Part shown: piece after piece, positions 1 through 9,020 of the stretch
How positions within the stretch are numbered: the first letter of the stretch is position 1
Layout: every line of letters starts with the position of its first letter
NCBI GenBank assembly: GCA_016933615.1
Contig: JAFGAO010000086.1
Span: 1 to 61,109 of the forward strand
DNA length: 61,109 bases
Source: Acidobacteriota bacterium
GTDB taxonomy: Bacteria > Acidobacteriota > UBA6911
Reading direction: 5' to 3'
The notes under the pieces: generated by a model
The model's database searches: none
Told to the model about the DNA's origin: nothing
Seen by the model: only the letters and a program-made list of their open reading frames with translations
Position numbers and translations under genes: made by a program

Positions 1-47
1 TACACTTACCGCAAAACAAAGAAAAGATCCGAGTCCTGGAAATTTAC

Positions 48-86
48 GGGCGAACCTTGTGTTCGCCCTGAACCTTGTGTTCGCCC
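48..86. repeat. REP-like palindrome GGGCGAAC-CTTGT-GTTCGCCC plus a tandem partial copy
   Basis: Copy at 48-68, partial duplication at 70-86; identical 21-mer at 14658, 60986 and 61076. Confidence 0.85.
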
Positions 87-87
87 T

Positions 88-1677
88 CTATCCATCTCCC
101 GGCATCGCCGATTTCCCGGGGATCGTGCAAATTGTCAGGAATGCGAGCAGCATAAAAACAGCGCTGATCCAGAATACGTAGCGGATCCCGGTTTCCAGTG
201 AATTCCGGATGGCCTCTACCGCTTCCTGAAACAGCCGGACGCCCTCGCCGCCTTTTTCCTGAAGGTTTTTCCTGAGGTTTTCCATGGCGTGTCCCGACAG
301 GAGAACCTGGGGATCGTCGAGCGCCTCCATGGTCGCTGCGTCCGCGACATCCTCCAGCCCCGCAGGCAGGGCTTGGGTTAGGGCCCGGGCGTAACCCACG
401 TTCATGGTCGAACCCAGGATCGCCGGGGATATCGCGGACCCTATCATTAAAAAGAAAAAGATGGCGCCCATGGCCGCGCCCATCAGCCTTTTGGGGACCG
501 CATTCTGAACGACGACGGTATTGATGGTCGGAATGACGCCGTATCCCAGCCCGGCAAGCAGCGCGACGGCAACGCTCCAGCCAACGGGCGTGCCGGCATG
601 GAAAAGAATCAATGCAAACATGCTCAGCGTGAGGATGCCGTACCCGGCGACATACATCCATTTAAAGCGCCCGGAACGGGCGATGATGTATCCGGCGGGC
701 ACGCCCATAAACGCCGTCAAAACCCCGTAGGGCGTCGTAATGAACCCGCTGTGGAACGTGGAGATGCTCTGAACCCCCTGCAGAAACATGGGGAAATACA
801 TCATCATTCCCATCGTTCCGAAGGAGGAAAAGAATGTGGCAAGCGCAACCCTGCTGAAGGTGGGGTTGCAGAGCACGGCCGGATCCAGAACAGGCTCTTT
901 CGCTCCGGATTCCACCCTGAAAAATACGATCCAGAAGACCAGGGAAATCAGCAGCAGGCCCAGCACGTGCAAGGACACCCAGGGATGCCTGTCGGCAAAA
1001 GAAAAGCCCATGATCGAGGTCGAAGCCGCAAGGGCGACCCATATGCAGCCTTTGACGTCGATTCTGCGCGATGAATCCCGGTTCATCAGCGAGGGCACGC
1101 CCACGGGGACGGTGACCAGGCAGAAACAGAGCAGCGGTATGGCCATCCAGAACAGGTAGCGCCAGTTCAGCGCGTCCACAACGAAACCGCCCAGCGCGGG
1201 ACCGGTCAAGGTGAACACCCCCAGAGGTATGTTCAGCAGGCCGACCCATTTGCCGCGCCCGGCGGGAGGAAACAGGTCGCCGACGACGGCGAATACCAGC
1301 GGCATCATGGCCCCGGCCCCCAGAGCCGCGACCGCACTGGCCGCGATCAGGAATATGAAATTGGGGCTCAGAGCGCTCAGGACCGTTCCCGCCAGGGAGG
1401 CGGCCAGCGCTATCATGAGCATGACGCGCCGGCCGTACATATCCGAAAACTTCCCGAATATGACGGTGACAAGGGCCATAACCAGCGAAGGGATGGAAAC
1501 GGACCAGCCGTACAGGGACAACCCGTCCAGATCCGCCGCAATCTTCGGCCGGGCGATCGTCAGTGTCTGTACGGAAAAGGCCACCGTGCCGTAGACGGCG
1601 AAAATCGCCACCAATCCCCACAAGACCTGTTTCCTGGAAAAAGGATATTCCGCCTCCAGGGCCCGCTCTGAAACCAT
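88..1677 (-). CDS. MFS transporter, DHA2 (14-TMS, EmrB/QacA-like) family
   Basis: 529 aa hydrophobic; motif A GKFSDMYGRR; GPALGG motif; GGGAG RBS. Confidence 0.9.
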   Translation of the reverse strand: MVSERALEAEYPFSRKQVLWGLVAIFAVYGTVAFSVQTLTIARPKIAADLDGLSLYGWSVSIPSLVMALVTVIFGKFSDMYGRRVMLMIALAASLAGTVLSALSPNFIFLIAASAVAALGAGAMMPLVFAVVGDLFPPAGRGKWVGLLNIPLGVFTLTGPALGGFVVDALNWRYLFWMAIPLLCFCLVTVPVGVPSLMNRDSSRRIDVKGCIWVALAASTSIMGFSFADRHPWVSLHVLGLLLISLVFWIVFFRVESGAKEPVLDPAVLCNPTFSRVALATFFSSFGTMGMMMYFPMFLQGVQSISTFHSGFITTPYGVLTAFMGVPAGYIIARSGRFKWMYVAGYGILTLSMFALILFHAGTPVGWSVAVALLAGLGYGVIPTINTVVVQNAVPKRLMGAAMGAIFFFLMIGSAISPAILGSTMNVGYARALTQALPAGLEDVADAATMEALDDPQVLLSGHAMENLRKNLQEKGGEGVRLFQEAVEAIRNSLETGIRYVFWISAVFMLLAFLTICTIPGKSAMPGDG

Positions 1678-1788
1678 ATATTTCTCCCGACTGATTGATG
1701 GTCGTTTTTCGACGCATTAACTTATATCCGAAACGCCGCTGTTCAAAATGATTTTTATTTCGATACGGGAGACCTTACAGTAGGGGCT

Positions 1789-2280
1789 ATGAAGAAACTT
1801 CTGATTGTTTACAGCACCATGACGGGAGGCACCGGACAGATGGCCCGCGCCGCGGCCGACGGCGCCGCATCGGAAAAAGAGGTGCTCGTTCATCGGGTGC
1901 GGGCATCGAAAGCGGGCGCGGACGAAGTGACCGGATCGGACGGGTTCATCTTCGCGGCGCCCGAATATCTCGCCATGATGTCCGGATTGATGAAGGATTT
2001 TTTCGACCGGACCTATTACGCGGCCCTGGACCGGATCCGGGGGCGGCCTTACGCCCTGCTGATCTGCGCCGGCAGCGACGGCGAAAACGCCGCGCGGCAA
2101 ATCGCCCGGATAGCTGCGGGGTGGCGCCTGAAACCGGTCGCCGCCCCCCTGATCGTATGCACACAGGCCCAGACACCGGAACGGGCTCTGGCGCCCAAAA
2201 CGATCGCGGCCGCCGAACTGGACCGGTGCCGCGAAATCGGCGCAACCCTCGCCGCGGGTCTGGCGCTGGGGATTTATTAG
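1789..2280 (+). CDS. Flavodoxin / NAD(P)H-dependent FMN oxidoreductase family protein
   Basis: LLIVYSTMTGGT FMN phosphate loop; APEY..MSGLMKDFFDR. Confidence 0.85.
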   Translation: MKKLLIVYSTMTGGTGQMARAAADGAASEKEVLVHRVRASKAGADEVTGSDGFIFAAPEYLAMMSGLMKDFFDRTYYAALDRIRGRPYALLICAGSDGENAARQIARIAAGWRLKPVAAPLIVCTQAQTPERALAPKTIAAAELDRCREIGATLAAGLALGIY

Positions 2281-2316
2281 TCCGCCCGAAAGCGGGGCTA
2301 AGCGAACGCAGGGCGC

Positions 2317-2340
2317 GGCAAACAACAGGTTCGCCCCTGC
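2317..2340 (-). repeat. Degenerate copy of the GTAG-type REP palindrome
   Basis: ggcaaacaacaggttcgcccctgc resembles the reverse complement of gtaggggcgaaccttgtgttcgccc. Confidence 0.6.
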
Positions 2341-2507
2341 ACAGGATCAAGGCCGGCAAATTTTTTTGTGGAAAATCTTTATGAATCGCGGCGCATTTAT
2401 ACGGGACAACGCAGTTCCGGGAACTGAAATTCCCGGGAGAAAACCCGGCATTTGGTAGTACACTGGCCGCTATAAACGCGCAACCATTCCGATCGCGAGG
2501 CGACACC

Positions 2508-4796
2508 ATGGCGGACATCGAAGGCAGCAACGGACAGAGAACGGAATTCAGGGCTGTGGGCCGGGCCAACGTGCCCGGCAGGCTGTCGTACACCATAGCC
2601 ACGGGCCGGGCCAAATACGGCACCGACGCGGTCATGCCCGGCATGCTCCATGCCAAATTCCTCAGGTGCCCTTACGGCCGCGCAAGGGTAAAGGGAATGG
2701 ACACGCGCAGGGCCAGAGCCCTGGAAGGCGTGGTGGATATCGTCACCTGGGACGATCCGGAGGTCCTGGCCGTGAATCCGGGCCTGACTCATCCGCCCGT
2801 CAACACCATGGCCGGTATCCACGGCCCCCTTATCCCGGGCGAGGCGGAGACGGAGGACGAGGAAATCGGCGCGGTCGTGGTCGCCGTCACCCCGGAAATC
2901 TGCGAGGAGGCCCTGAGGCTGATCGAGGTGCAATGGGAAGTCCTGCCGAGCATCGTGGATGCCAGGGACGGCTTGAAACCGGGCGCGCCGGTCATCAGGC
3001 ACGACCCCAAAAAACTTTTGTCGAACTATACAACCGGGGATATGGAATCCGGTTTCAGGGAGGCGGACCATATTGTCGATTTCGACTGGGGACACTCCCG
3101 CACGGCGTCGCACATACCGAATCCGAACGGAAGCCTCGCCTGGTGGGCCCAGGACCCCTGGGGATCCGAAGGCCGGACCCTGTATATCGAAGGCGTATGC
3201 CCTACGTGGGGAGCCTTTCAGCTGCTCCCCCTGTACAATATCGGCTTCGACAAGCTCTATCGCCTTACCCTGTTTCAGGGCGGCAAGTACTGCGACTGGA
3301 TCATCCGACGCTCCCAGCTCATCACGCCCCTGCTGGCCCGCAGAACGGGGCGGCCCGTCCGCTGCGTAAACGACAGGCGGAACGATTACTATGTGGCGAA
3401 TCCGCAGCGCTATTGCCACGTAAAGATGGGATTCAGGAAGGACGGGACCATCACGGCCGTCGAGGAGAGCACCATCGGGGACCAGGGGGCTCCGGAAGAG
3501 ACGGCCTCCGCGTGGGGGGCGTTCGAAGCAAGATTCAGCCCTTTCAACACCACCCGGTGCGTCCATCAGAAGAGCCTTTTCCAGGAGGTCTACACCAATT
3601 CAGGCCGCAACACTCTGAGCCAGACTTCCCCGTTCAACTGGGACGTCATGACCATCGCGGAACAGATCGTGGCGGAAAAACTCGGTATGGACGTGATCGA
3701 TGTCGCGCTTAAAAACGTCCACGGGCCTTCGTCCCAACAGGATCCCGGCATCCCCCCGGGCCTGCGGATGTGCGTGGAAAAAGGGAAAAAGGCCATGGAC
3801 TGGAAATGGCATCCGGCCGGCACGCGGAAACTCCCGGACGGCCGATTGCACGGCCTGGCTTTCCGCTATGCCCTTTCGCCCCGGCACGCCCAGCAGCCGT
3901 ATACGGCGACGGTGACCATTCAGGCGGACAACAAGGTGTACATACCGCTCAAGGGGCCCTGGGCCGGCATCTATTCCGCCGATGCCGCAGCCCTGGTCGT
4001 CGCCGAGGAGCTGGGGGCGAAAGTCGAGGACGTGATCCTTCTCTACGATGAAAAAGCCATCTTCACGCCGTGCGGGGGCGGAAGCGACGGCTCCACCGCG
4101 TCCTCCTGGGTCATGAAGGAAGCGGCCGTAAAATGCAGAAAGCTGCTTCTGGACCAGGCGGCCAGATCCAGGGTGTTCAATACCAGCCCGGAGAATCTCG
4201 ACACAAGGGATACCATGGTCTTCCTGAAGCAGGATCCCGGCAAGGCGTACCCTTTCGGGAAGTTCATCGCGGACGAAGGATTCGGCGATCACGATCTGGA
4301 TATCACCGCGACCTTCTTCGGGAGGCCTCCGGAAACGACATGGGCCAAAAGCGGGCACATCCTCGATGTCATGAACACCAGCTACTGTGAAGTCGCCGTG
4401 GACACCGAGACCGGCGGGGTGGAAGTGACCAAATTCGTGGTGGTCTGCGATCCGGGCAAAGTGCTCAGATTGACATCGTTCGAAGGGCAGCTGCACCAGG
4501 CGATGTTTTTGAGCCAGGGAGGATTGTCCGAGGAATTCATCTACGACAAAGATACGGGCGTGAAGCTCAGTACGAACATGTTCGAATACAAAAAGCCCAC
4601 GATCCTGGACCTGGGGCCCATCGACACTTACGCCGTCGAGACCCGTTCCGGAAACGCCTGCTACGGCGCTTCCGGGATCAGCCACTGCATGGCGGCGCCG
4701 CTGCTTCCAGTATGCGCGGTAGCAAACGCCATAGGACATTGGATCGAGCCTCCGGCCACGCCCGACAGGATCCTGAAGGCCCTGGGCAAGGTCTAG
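2508..4796 (+). CDS. Xanthine dehydrogenase/aldehyde oxidoreductase family molybdopterin-binding (large) subunit, divergent
   Basis: 762 aa; ATGRAKYGTD..PGMLHAKFLRCP N-terminus; CEVAVDTETGGVEV..DPGK..EGQ; EYKKPTILD; PATPDRILKALG C-terminus. Confidence 0.9.
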   Translation: MADIEGSNGQRTEFRAVGRANVPGRLSYTIATGRAKYGTDAVMPGMLHAKFLRCPYGRARVKGMDTRRARALEGVVDIVTWDDPEVLAVNPGLTHPPVNTMAGIHGPLIPGEAETEDEEIGAVVVAVTPEICEEALRLIEVQWEVLPSIVDARDGLKPGAPVIRHDPKKLLSNYTTGDMESGFREADHIVDFDWGHSRTASHIPNPNGSLAWWAQDPWGSEGRTLYIEGVCPTWGAFQLLPLYNIGFDKLYRLTLFQGGKYCDWIIRRSQLITPLLARRTGRPVRCVNDRRNDYYVANPQRYCHVKMGFRKDGTITAVEESTIGDQGAPEETASAWGAFEARFSPFNTTRCVHQKSLFQEVYTNSGRNTLSQTSPFNWDVMTIAEQIVAEKLGMDVIDVALKNVHGPSSQQDPGIPPGLRMCVEKGKKAMDWKWHPAGTRKLPDGRLHGLAFRYALSPRHAQQPYTATVTIQADNKVYIPLKGPWAGIYSADAAALVVAEELGAKVEDVILLYDEKAIFTPCGGGSDGSTASSWVMKEAAVKCRKLLLDQAARSRVFNTSPENLDTRDTMVFLKQDPGKAYPFGKFIADEGFGDHDLDITATFFGRPPETTWAKSGHILDVMNTSYCEVAVDTETGGVEVTKFVVVCDPGKVLRLTSFEGQLHQAMFLSQGGLSEEFIYDKDTGVKLSTNMFEYKKPTILDLGPIDTYAVETRSGNACYGASGISHCMAAPLLPVCAVANAIGHWIEPPATPDRILKALGKV

Positions 4797-4850
4797 ATAT
4801 ATTTTTTACACCGTTTGGGGCACTATTTCCTGAAATAGAACGAGGTGGAA

Positions 4851-6614
4851 ATGAAAAAAAGGACGCTATTTTCCAATCAAATTTCGATGGCTGCATTCCT
4901 GGTTCTTTCCGGCATCGCGGCGATTGCGTCCGCGTGCGGTTCCGCCGCCTCCGGCGACGGGCGGATCACTGTTCTCAATCCGGCCGTTACGGAGAAGCTT
5001 GCCGAGCGGGTGCCGCTGGCCCCCCGCCTGGACACCCTGGAAGGAAAAACCGTCTACCTGGTCGACATGAACTACGAGGGGATCAACGGCACTGCAGTGA
5101 TGGGAGAATTGCAGAACTGGTTTGCGCGCAACATGCCCGGAGTCAAGACCGTCCTCAGGCTCAAAAGCGGCAGCTACATATCGGATGACCCGGCGCTGTG
5201 GAAGGAGATCAAGGAAAAAGGCGGCGACGCCGTCATCATGGGCGTCGCCGGCTGATGGGGGTGCATCGCGGCCGTCGGCCGCTTCAACGGGCTCCTGGAA
5301 ACGCAGTACGGCATCCCCACCGTGTCGCTAGCCAACGAAAACATCGTGTCCTTCGGAACCGGGGCTCATTTCAGGTACAGCACCGGCATGCCCCTGCGTT
5401 ACGTCGGGATGCCGTATCCCTTTACCGGCCTCAACGAGGAAATGCTGAAAAAATATCCCGACGGCCGGGACAGCGTCAGCGGCAAGCCCTTGATGGAGGC
5501 GATCGTCGGCTCCCTGACGGCGCCTCTTGCGGATGCCGAAAAGATATCCGGAACCCCGCCGGAAGCGGTGTCAGAGCCAAGATACCTGCCCCCGGACACC
5601 GCCGACAATCTGCAGCGCCTTTTCAAGGACCGGGACTGGACCGACTTCAATCCCGTCATCCTGCCGACTGAGGAAAAAGTGGCCGCGATGCTCAAAGGAA
5701 CCGGCCGCAAACCGGACGAGCTGGTCAAGAAAGAATCCGGCACCTTCGGGACCTCCCGGCCCTTCACGGTGGAAAAAGTCGCCGTCATCGCCGTCATGGC
5801 GGGTGCCAGGCCCGAATACCTGCCGACGATCCTGGCGCTCTCCACACAGGTCCCGTACATGGACTCCACCACCTCCAGCGCAAGCATGGCCCTGGTCAAC
5901 GGACCCGTGCGCAGGGAGATCGGAATGAACTCGGGCATCGGCGCGCTGGGGCCCAATGCCGAGGCCAATTCCGTCATCGGCCGCAGCATGGTCCTGATCC
6001 ATAAAATCATTCAGGGCTACAAGGAGGGCGTGAGCGGCTTTTCCTCCCTCAGCAACCCGATCTCTTACAGCTACGCGCCCATAGCCGAAAACGAAGAGGA
6101 GCTCCCCGAAGGCTGGCAGCCGTTCCACGTGCTGATGGGGCATAAGCCCGAAGACAGCGTCGTCACCGTGCTCATGGGCTGGAACTTCGTGAACTGTTCG
6201 GGGTCGGTCGTGGAGCACTACGCCCCGCAGCTTCTGATGCGGGACTTCATGGGAGTGCTCGCGGCAACCGGCGCCGCCACGCTGATCATGGACCCGTCCG
6301 TGGCGGACCTGCTCCGCAACGCGCAGGGATTTCAAACGAAAGCGGCGCTCGCCGAATGGCTCTCCCGGAACGCTCAGGTGCCCGCGGCCACCTACTGGGC
6401 CAATTCCATCGCGTCGGGCATGATGGGCCCTCTAGGCCAACAGGGTCTCGAACCCTATGCCACCTGGAGGAAAGTTCCCGGCGAAACGCGGATCCGGCAC
6501 TTTCCCAATGCCAGCAATATCCGGACCGTCGTGGTTGGAGGACAGACGGCGAGCGTCTGGTTCATCACCGATTTCATGGCCGGCCGGGGCGTATCGATCG
6601 ACGCCTGGAGGTAA
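4851..6614 (+). CDS. UGSC-family selenoprotein (Sec at TGA 5253-5255, U135-W-G-C) fused to a large C-terminal domain; N-terminal signal peptide
   Basis: Two track ORFs are in the same frame and separated only by TGA; readthrough gives DAVIMGVAG-U-WGC...ETQYGIPTVSL; SECIS-like hairpin downstream; RBS GAGGTGG before ATG 4851; LAPRLDTLEGKTV and WTDFNPVILPTEEKVAAML motifs. Confidence 0.85.
5268..5282 (+). promoter_or_regulatory. Putative bacterial SECIS apical hairpin
   Basis: GCGGCC-GTC-GGCCGC perfect 6-bp GC stem starting after a 12-nt spacer 3' of the in-frame TGA; loop starts with G. Confidence 0.6.
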
Positions 6615-6657
6615 TCACCAACATAAGATCCGTCATTCACGGAAAGTTGCAAGCACC

Positions 6658-8766
6658 ATGCCCAAGAACCTGTATCTGACCACCACCAGCCCGTATGCCG
6701 GCAAAAGCGCCATAATTCTGGGACTGATGTCCGCCCTGCTGCGCGAATTCAGGCGCGTGGGCTACTTTCGTCCCATAGGCAGAAGCGATCAGCTGGCGCA
6801 ACATCCGGACCCGAACGCCTACCTGGTCTGCTCCGTTTTCGGCCTCGACTGCGACCCCAAATCGGCCGTCGGCATCCAGGCCCCGCAGGCGATGGAAATG
6901 ATCACCCGGGGCCGCCAGGCGGAGCTGATGGAGGAAATTCTCGCCGCGTACAAGGCGTTCGAGAAGAACTGGGATTTCGTGCTGGTCGAGGGCACGAATT
7001 ACCAGGGCTCCAGCACCGCCTTCGAGTTCGAAATCAACGCGGAAGTGGCCCGGAACCTAGGCGCCCCCGTGCTCCTGCTGGTGAGCGGCAGGGGCCAGAG
7101 CCCATCCGGGATTTACGAAAACATCTGCATCAGCAAAGAGCAGTTCGAAGACCAGGGCTCCGACCTGCTGGGCGTCATCGCCAACCGCGTCGAACGGGAG
7201 GACTTCGACGCAACATTGAAGTTCCTTCGGGAAAAACTCCCGGAACGGGGAATCCCGTTTGCGGGGGCGGTTCCCGAAGACCAGATCCTGGCCAAGCCGC
7301 GCATGGACGAAATCGCCGCCGCGCTCGGCGCCGAGGTCCTTTACGGAGAAAAATACCTGGACAACCTGGTGGACAACCTCCGGATCGCATCGATGCAGCT
7401 GCCGACCCTACTGGAGAGAATCGGGCCGGGCGCTCTCATTATCGCGGCTGGAGACCGGGCGGACATCCTGCTGGGAGCCATCGCGTCCCAATTGTCCAAC
7501 AGGATGCCGAAGCTGGCGGGCGTGCTGCTCAGCAGCGGACTGCGCCCCAGCGAGACGATCGACCGGCTGATCAAGGGAATGGAGCGCATCCAGCTTCCCG
7601 TGCTCGCCGTGGATTCGGGCACCTACCAGACCGCCATCGACGTCAGCCGCGTGACGGCCTCCATCATGCCCCGCAGTTACCGCAAGATCGAGACGGCCCA
7701 GATGCTTTTCGACGAGCACGTGGACCTCGACGTGATCCTCAGGGGCGTCATGGCCAAGCGGGAGAGGAGAGTCACCCCGAACCTGTTCCTGTACAACCTT
7801 CAGGAGCAGGCGCGTTCGGACCGGAAGCACATCGTTCTGCCGGAGGGCGCGGAAGACCGCATCCTGCGCGCGGCGCAGATTCTCCTGCACCGGAAGATCG
7901 TGGATCTCACCCTCCTGGGCCGGGAGGAGGAAATCCGGAACCGGGCCGAACAGCTCATGGTGGATCTCAAAGGCGTCGAAATCGTCGATCCCAGGACCTC
8001 GCCCCGCCTCGACGGCTACGCGGCCGAATACTTCAGGCTGCGCGAGCACAGGGTCGTCACGCCGGACATCGCGAGGGAAACCATGCAGGAGCCCTCCTAC
8101 TACGGGACCATGATGGTCTACAAGCAGGACGCGGACGGGATGGTGTCCGGATCGATCAATACGACGGCCCACACCATCCGGCCCGCCTTCGAGTTCATCA
8201 AGACAGGGGAGGGAGTGAAAATCGTCTCGAGCGTTTTCTTCATGTGCCTGGCCGACAGGGTGCTGGTCTACGGAGACTGCGCCGTGAACCCGAACCCGAC
8301 CGCCGAGGAACTGGCCCACATCGCCGTCACCAGCGCCAATACGGCGCATTCCTTCGGGATCGAACCCCGCGTGGCGATGCTCTCCTACGCGACCGGCATG
8401 TCGGGCAAGGGAGCGGATGTGGACATGGTAAAGGAAGCCACGAAAATCGCCCGCAAGATGCGCCCCGACCTGCCCATCGAAGGGCCGATGCAGTACGACG
8501 CAGCCATCGACGTTTCCGTCGCCCGGACCAAGATGCCCGAAAGCAGCGTGGCCGGACGCGCGACCGTATTCATCTTTCCCGACCTGAACACGGGCAACAA
8601 CACCTACAAGGCGGTGCAGAGGTCCTCGGGCGCGATCGCGGTGGGCCCGGTGCTGCAGGGCCTGCGCAAGCCGGTCAACGACCTGAGCCGCGGCTGCACG
8701 GTCGCCGATATCGTCAGCACCGTCGCAATCACGGCGATACAGGCCCAGAACGCCGACAGAAAATAA
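6658..8766 (+). CDS. pta: Phosphate acetyltransferase, long (AAA_26-DRTGG-PTA) form
   Basis: N-terminal P-loop PYAGKS; GDRADI DRTGG region; IVLPEG; YGDCAVNPNP; FPDLNTGNNTYKAVQ; PVNDLSRGC. Confidence 0.95.
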   Translation: MPKNLYLTTTSPYAGKSAIILGLMSALLREFRRVGYFRPIGRSDQLAQHPDPNAYLVCSVFGLDCDPKSAVGIQAPQAMEMITRGRQAELMEEILAAYKAFEKNWDFVLVEGTNYQGSSTAFEFEINAEVARNLGAPVLLLVSGRGQSPSGIYENICISKEQFEDQGSDLLGVIANRVEREDFDATLKFLREKLPERGIPFAGAVPEDQILAKPRMDEIAAALGAEVLYGEKYLDNLVDNLRIASMQLPTLLERIGPGALIIAAGDRADILLGAIASQLSNRMPKLAGVLLSSGLRPSETIDRLIKGMERIQLPVLAVDSGTYQTAIDVSRVTASIMPRSYRKIETAQMLFDEHVDLDVILRGVMAKRERRVTPNLFLYNLQEQARSDRKHIVLPEGAEDRILRAAQILLHRKIVDLTLLGREEEIRNRAEQLMVDLKGVEIVDPRTSPRLDGYAAEYFRLREHRVVTPDIARETMQEPSYYGTMMVYKQDADGMVSGSINTTAHTIRPAFEFIKTGEGVKIVSSVFFMCLADRVLVYGDCAVNPNPTAEELAHIAVTSANTAHSFGIEPRVAMLSYATGMSGKGADVDMVKEATKIARKMRPDLPIEGPMQYDAAIDVSVARTKMPESSVAGRATVFIFPDLNTGNNTYKAVQRSSGAIAVGPVLQGLRKPVNDLSRGCTVADIVSTVAITAIQAQNADRK

Positions 8767-8853
8767 TATTGTAGCGGAACGATGCCGAGGCCCTTCGAAA
8801 GTAACCGGCGTGCCCTAAAACCGTCGTAAACGCAATCGGGAACTAATTTTATC

Positions 8854-8882
8854 TTGACATAATCTTAATAATGCTAAAAATT
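8854..8882 (+). promoter_or_regulatory. Possible sigma70 promoter of the TonB-dependent receptor
   Basis: Perfect TTGACA at 8854 followed by AT-rich TGCTAAAAATT; -10 spacing imperfect. Confidence 0.4.
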
Positions 8883-9020
8883 AGGATGAACTGTGAGGGT
8901 ATTGGTAAATTTGGCTTTTAAAAAGCACAGGACAAGAATTAGGACAATGGCTGGAGGGCATCGTTGCATTCATGCACCGACATGCCCCAGCAAAGATTCA
9001 ATCTCCCTTTGGAGGATTCA

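Noticed and set aside
5322-6614. Stand-alone 430-aa ORF starting at GTG 5322
   Set aside because: No clear RBS, and it starts inside the GIPTV motif; better explained as the 3' part of the UGA-readthrough gene.
6457-6657. Long N-terminal extensions in the ORF track (pta here; likewise sulfatase, kdsA, rpoZ, msbA, DUF6600)
   Set aside because: They overlap neighbouring genes or intergenic DNA and lack family similarity; downstream ATGs fit better.
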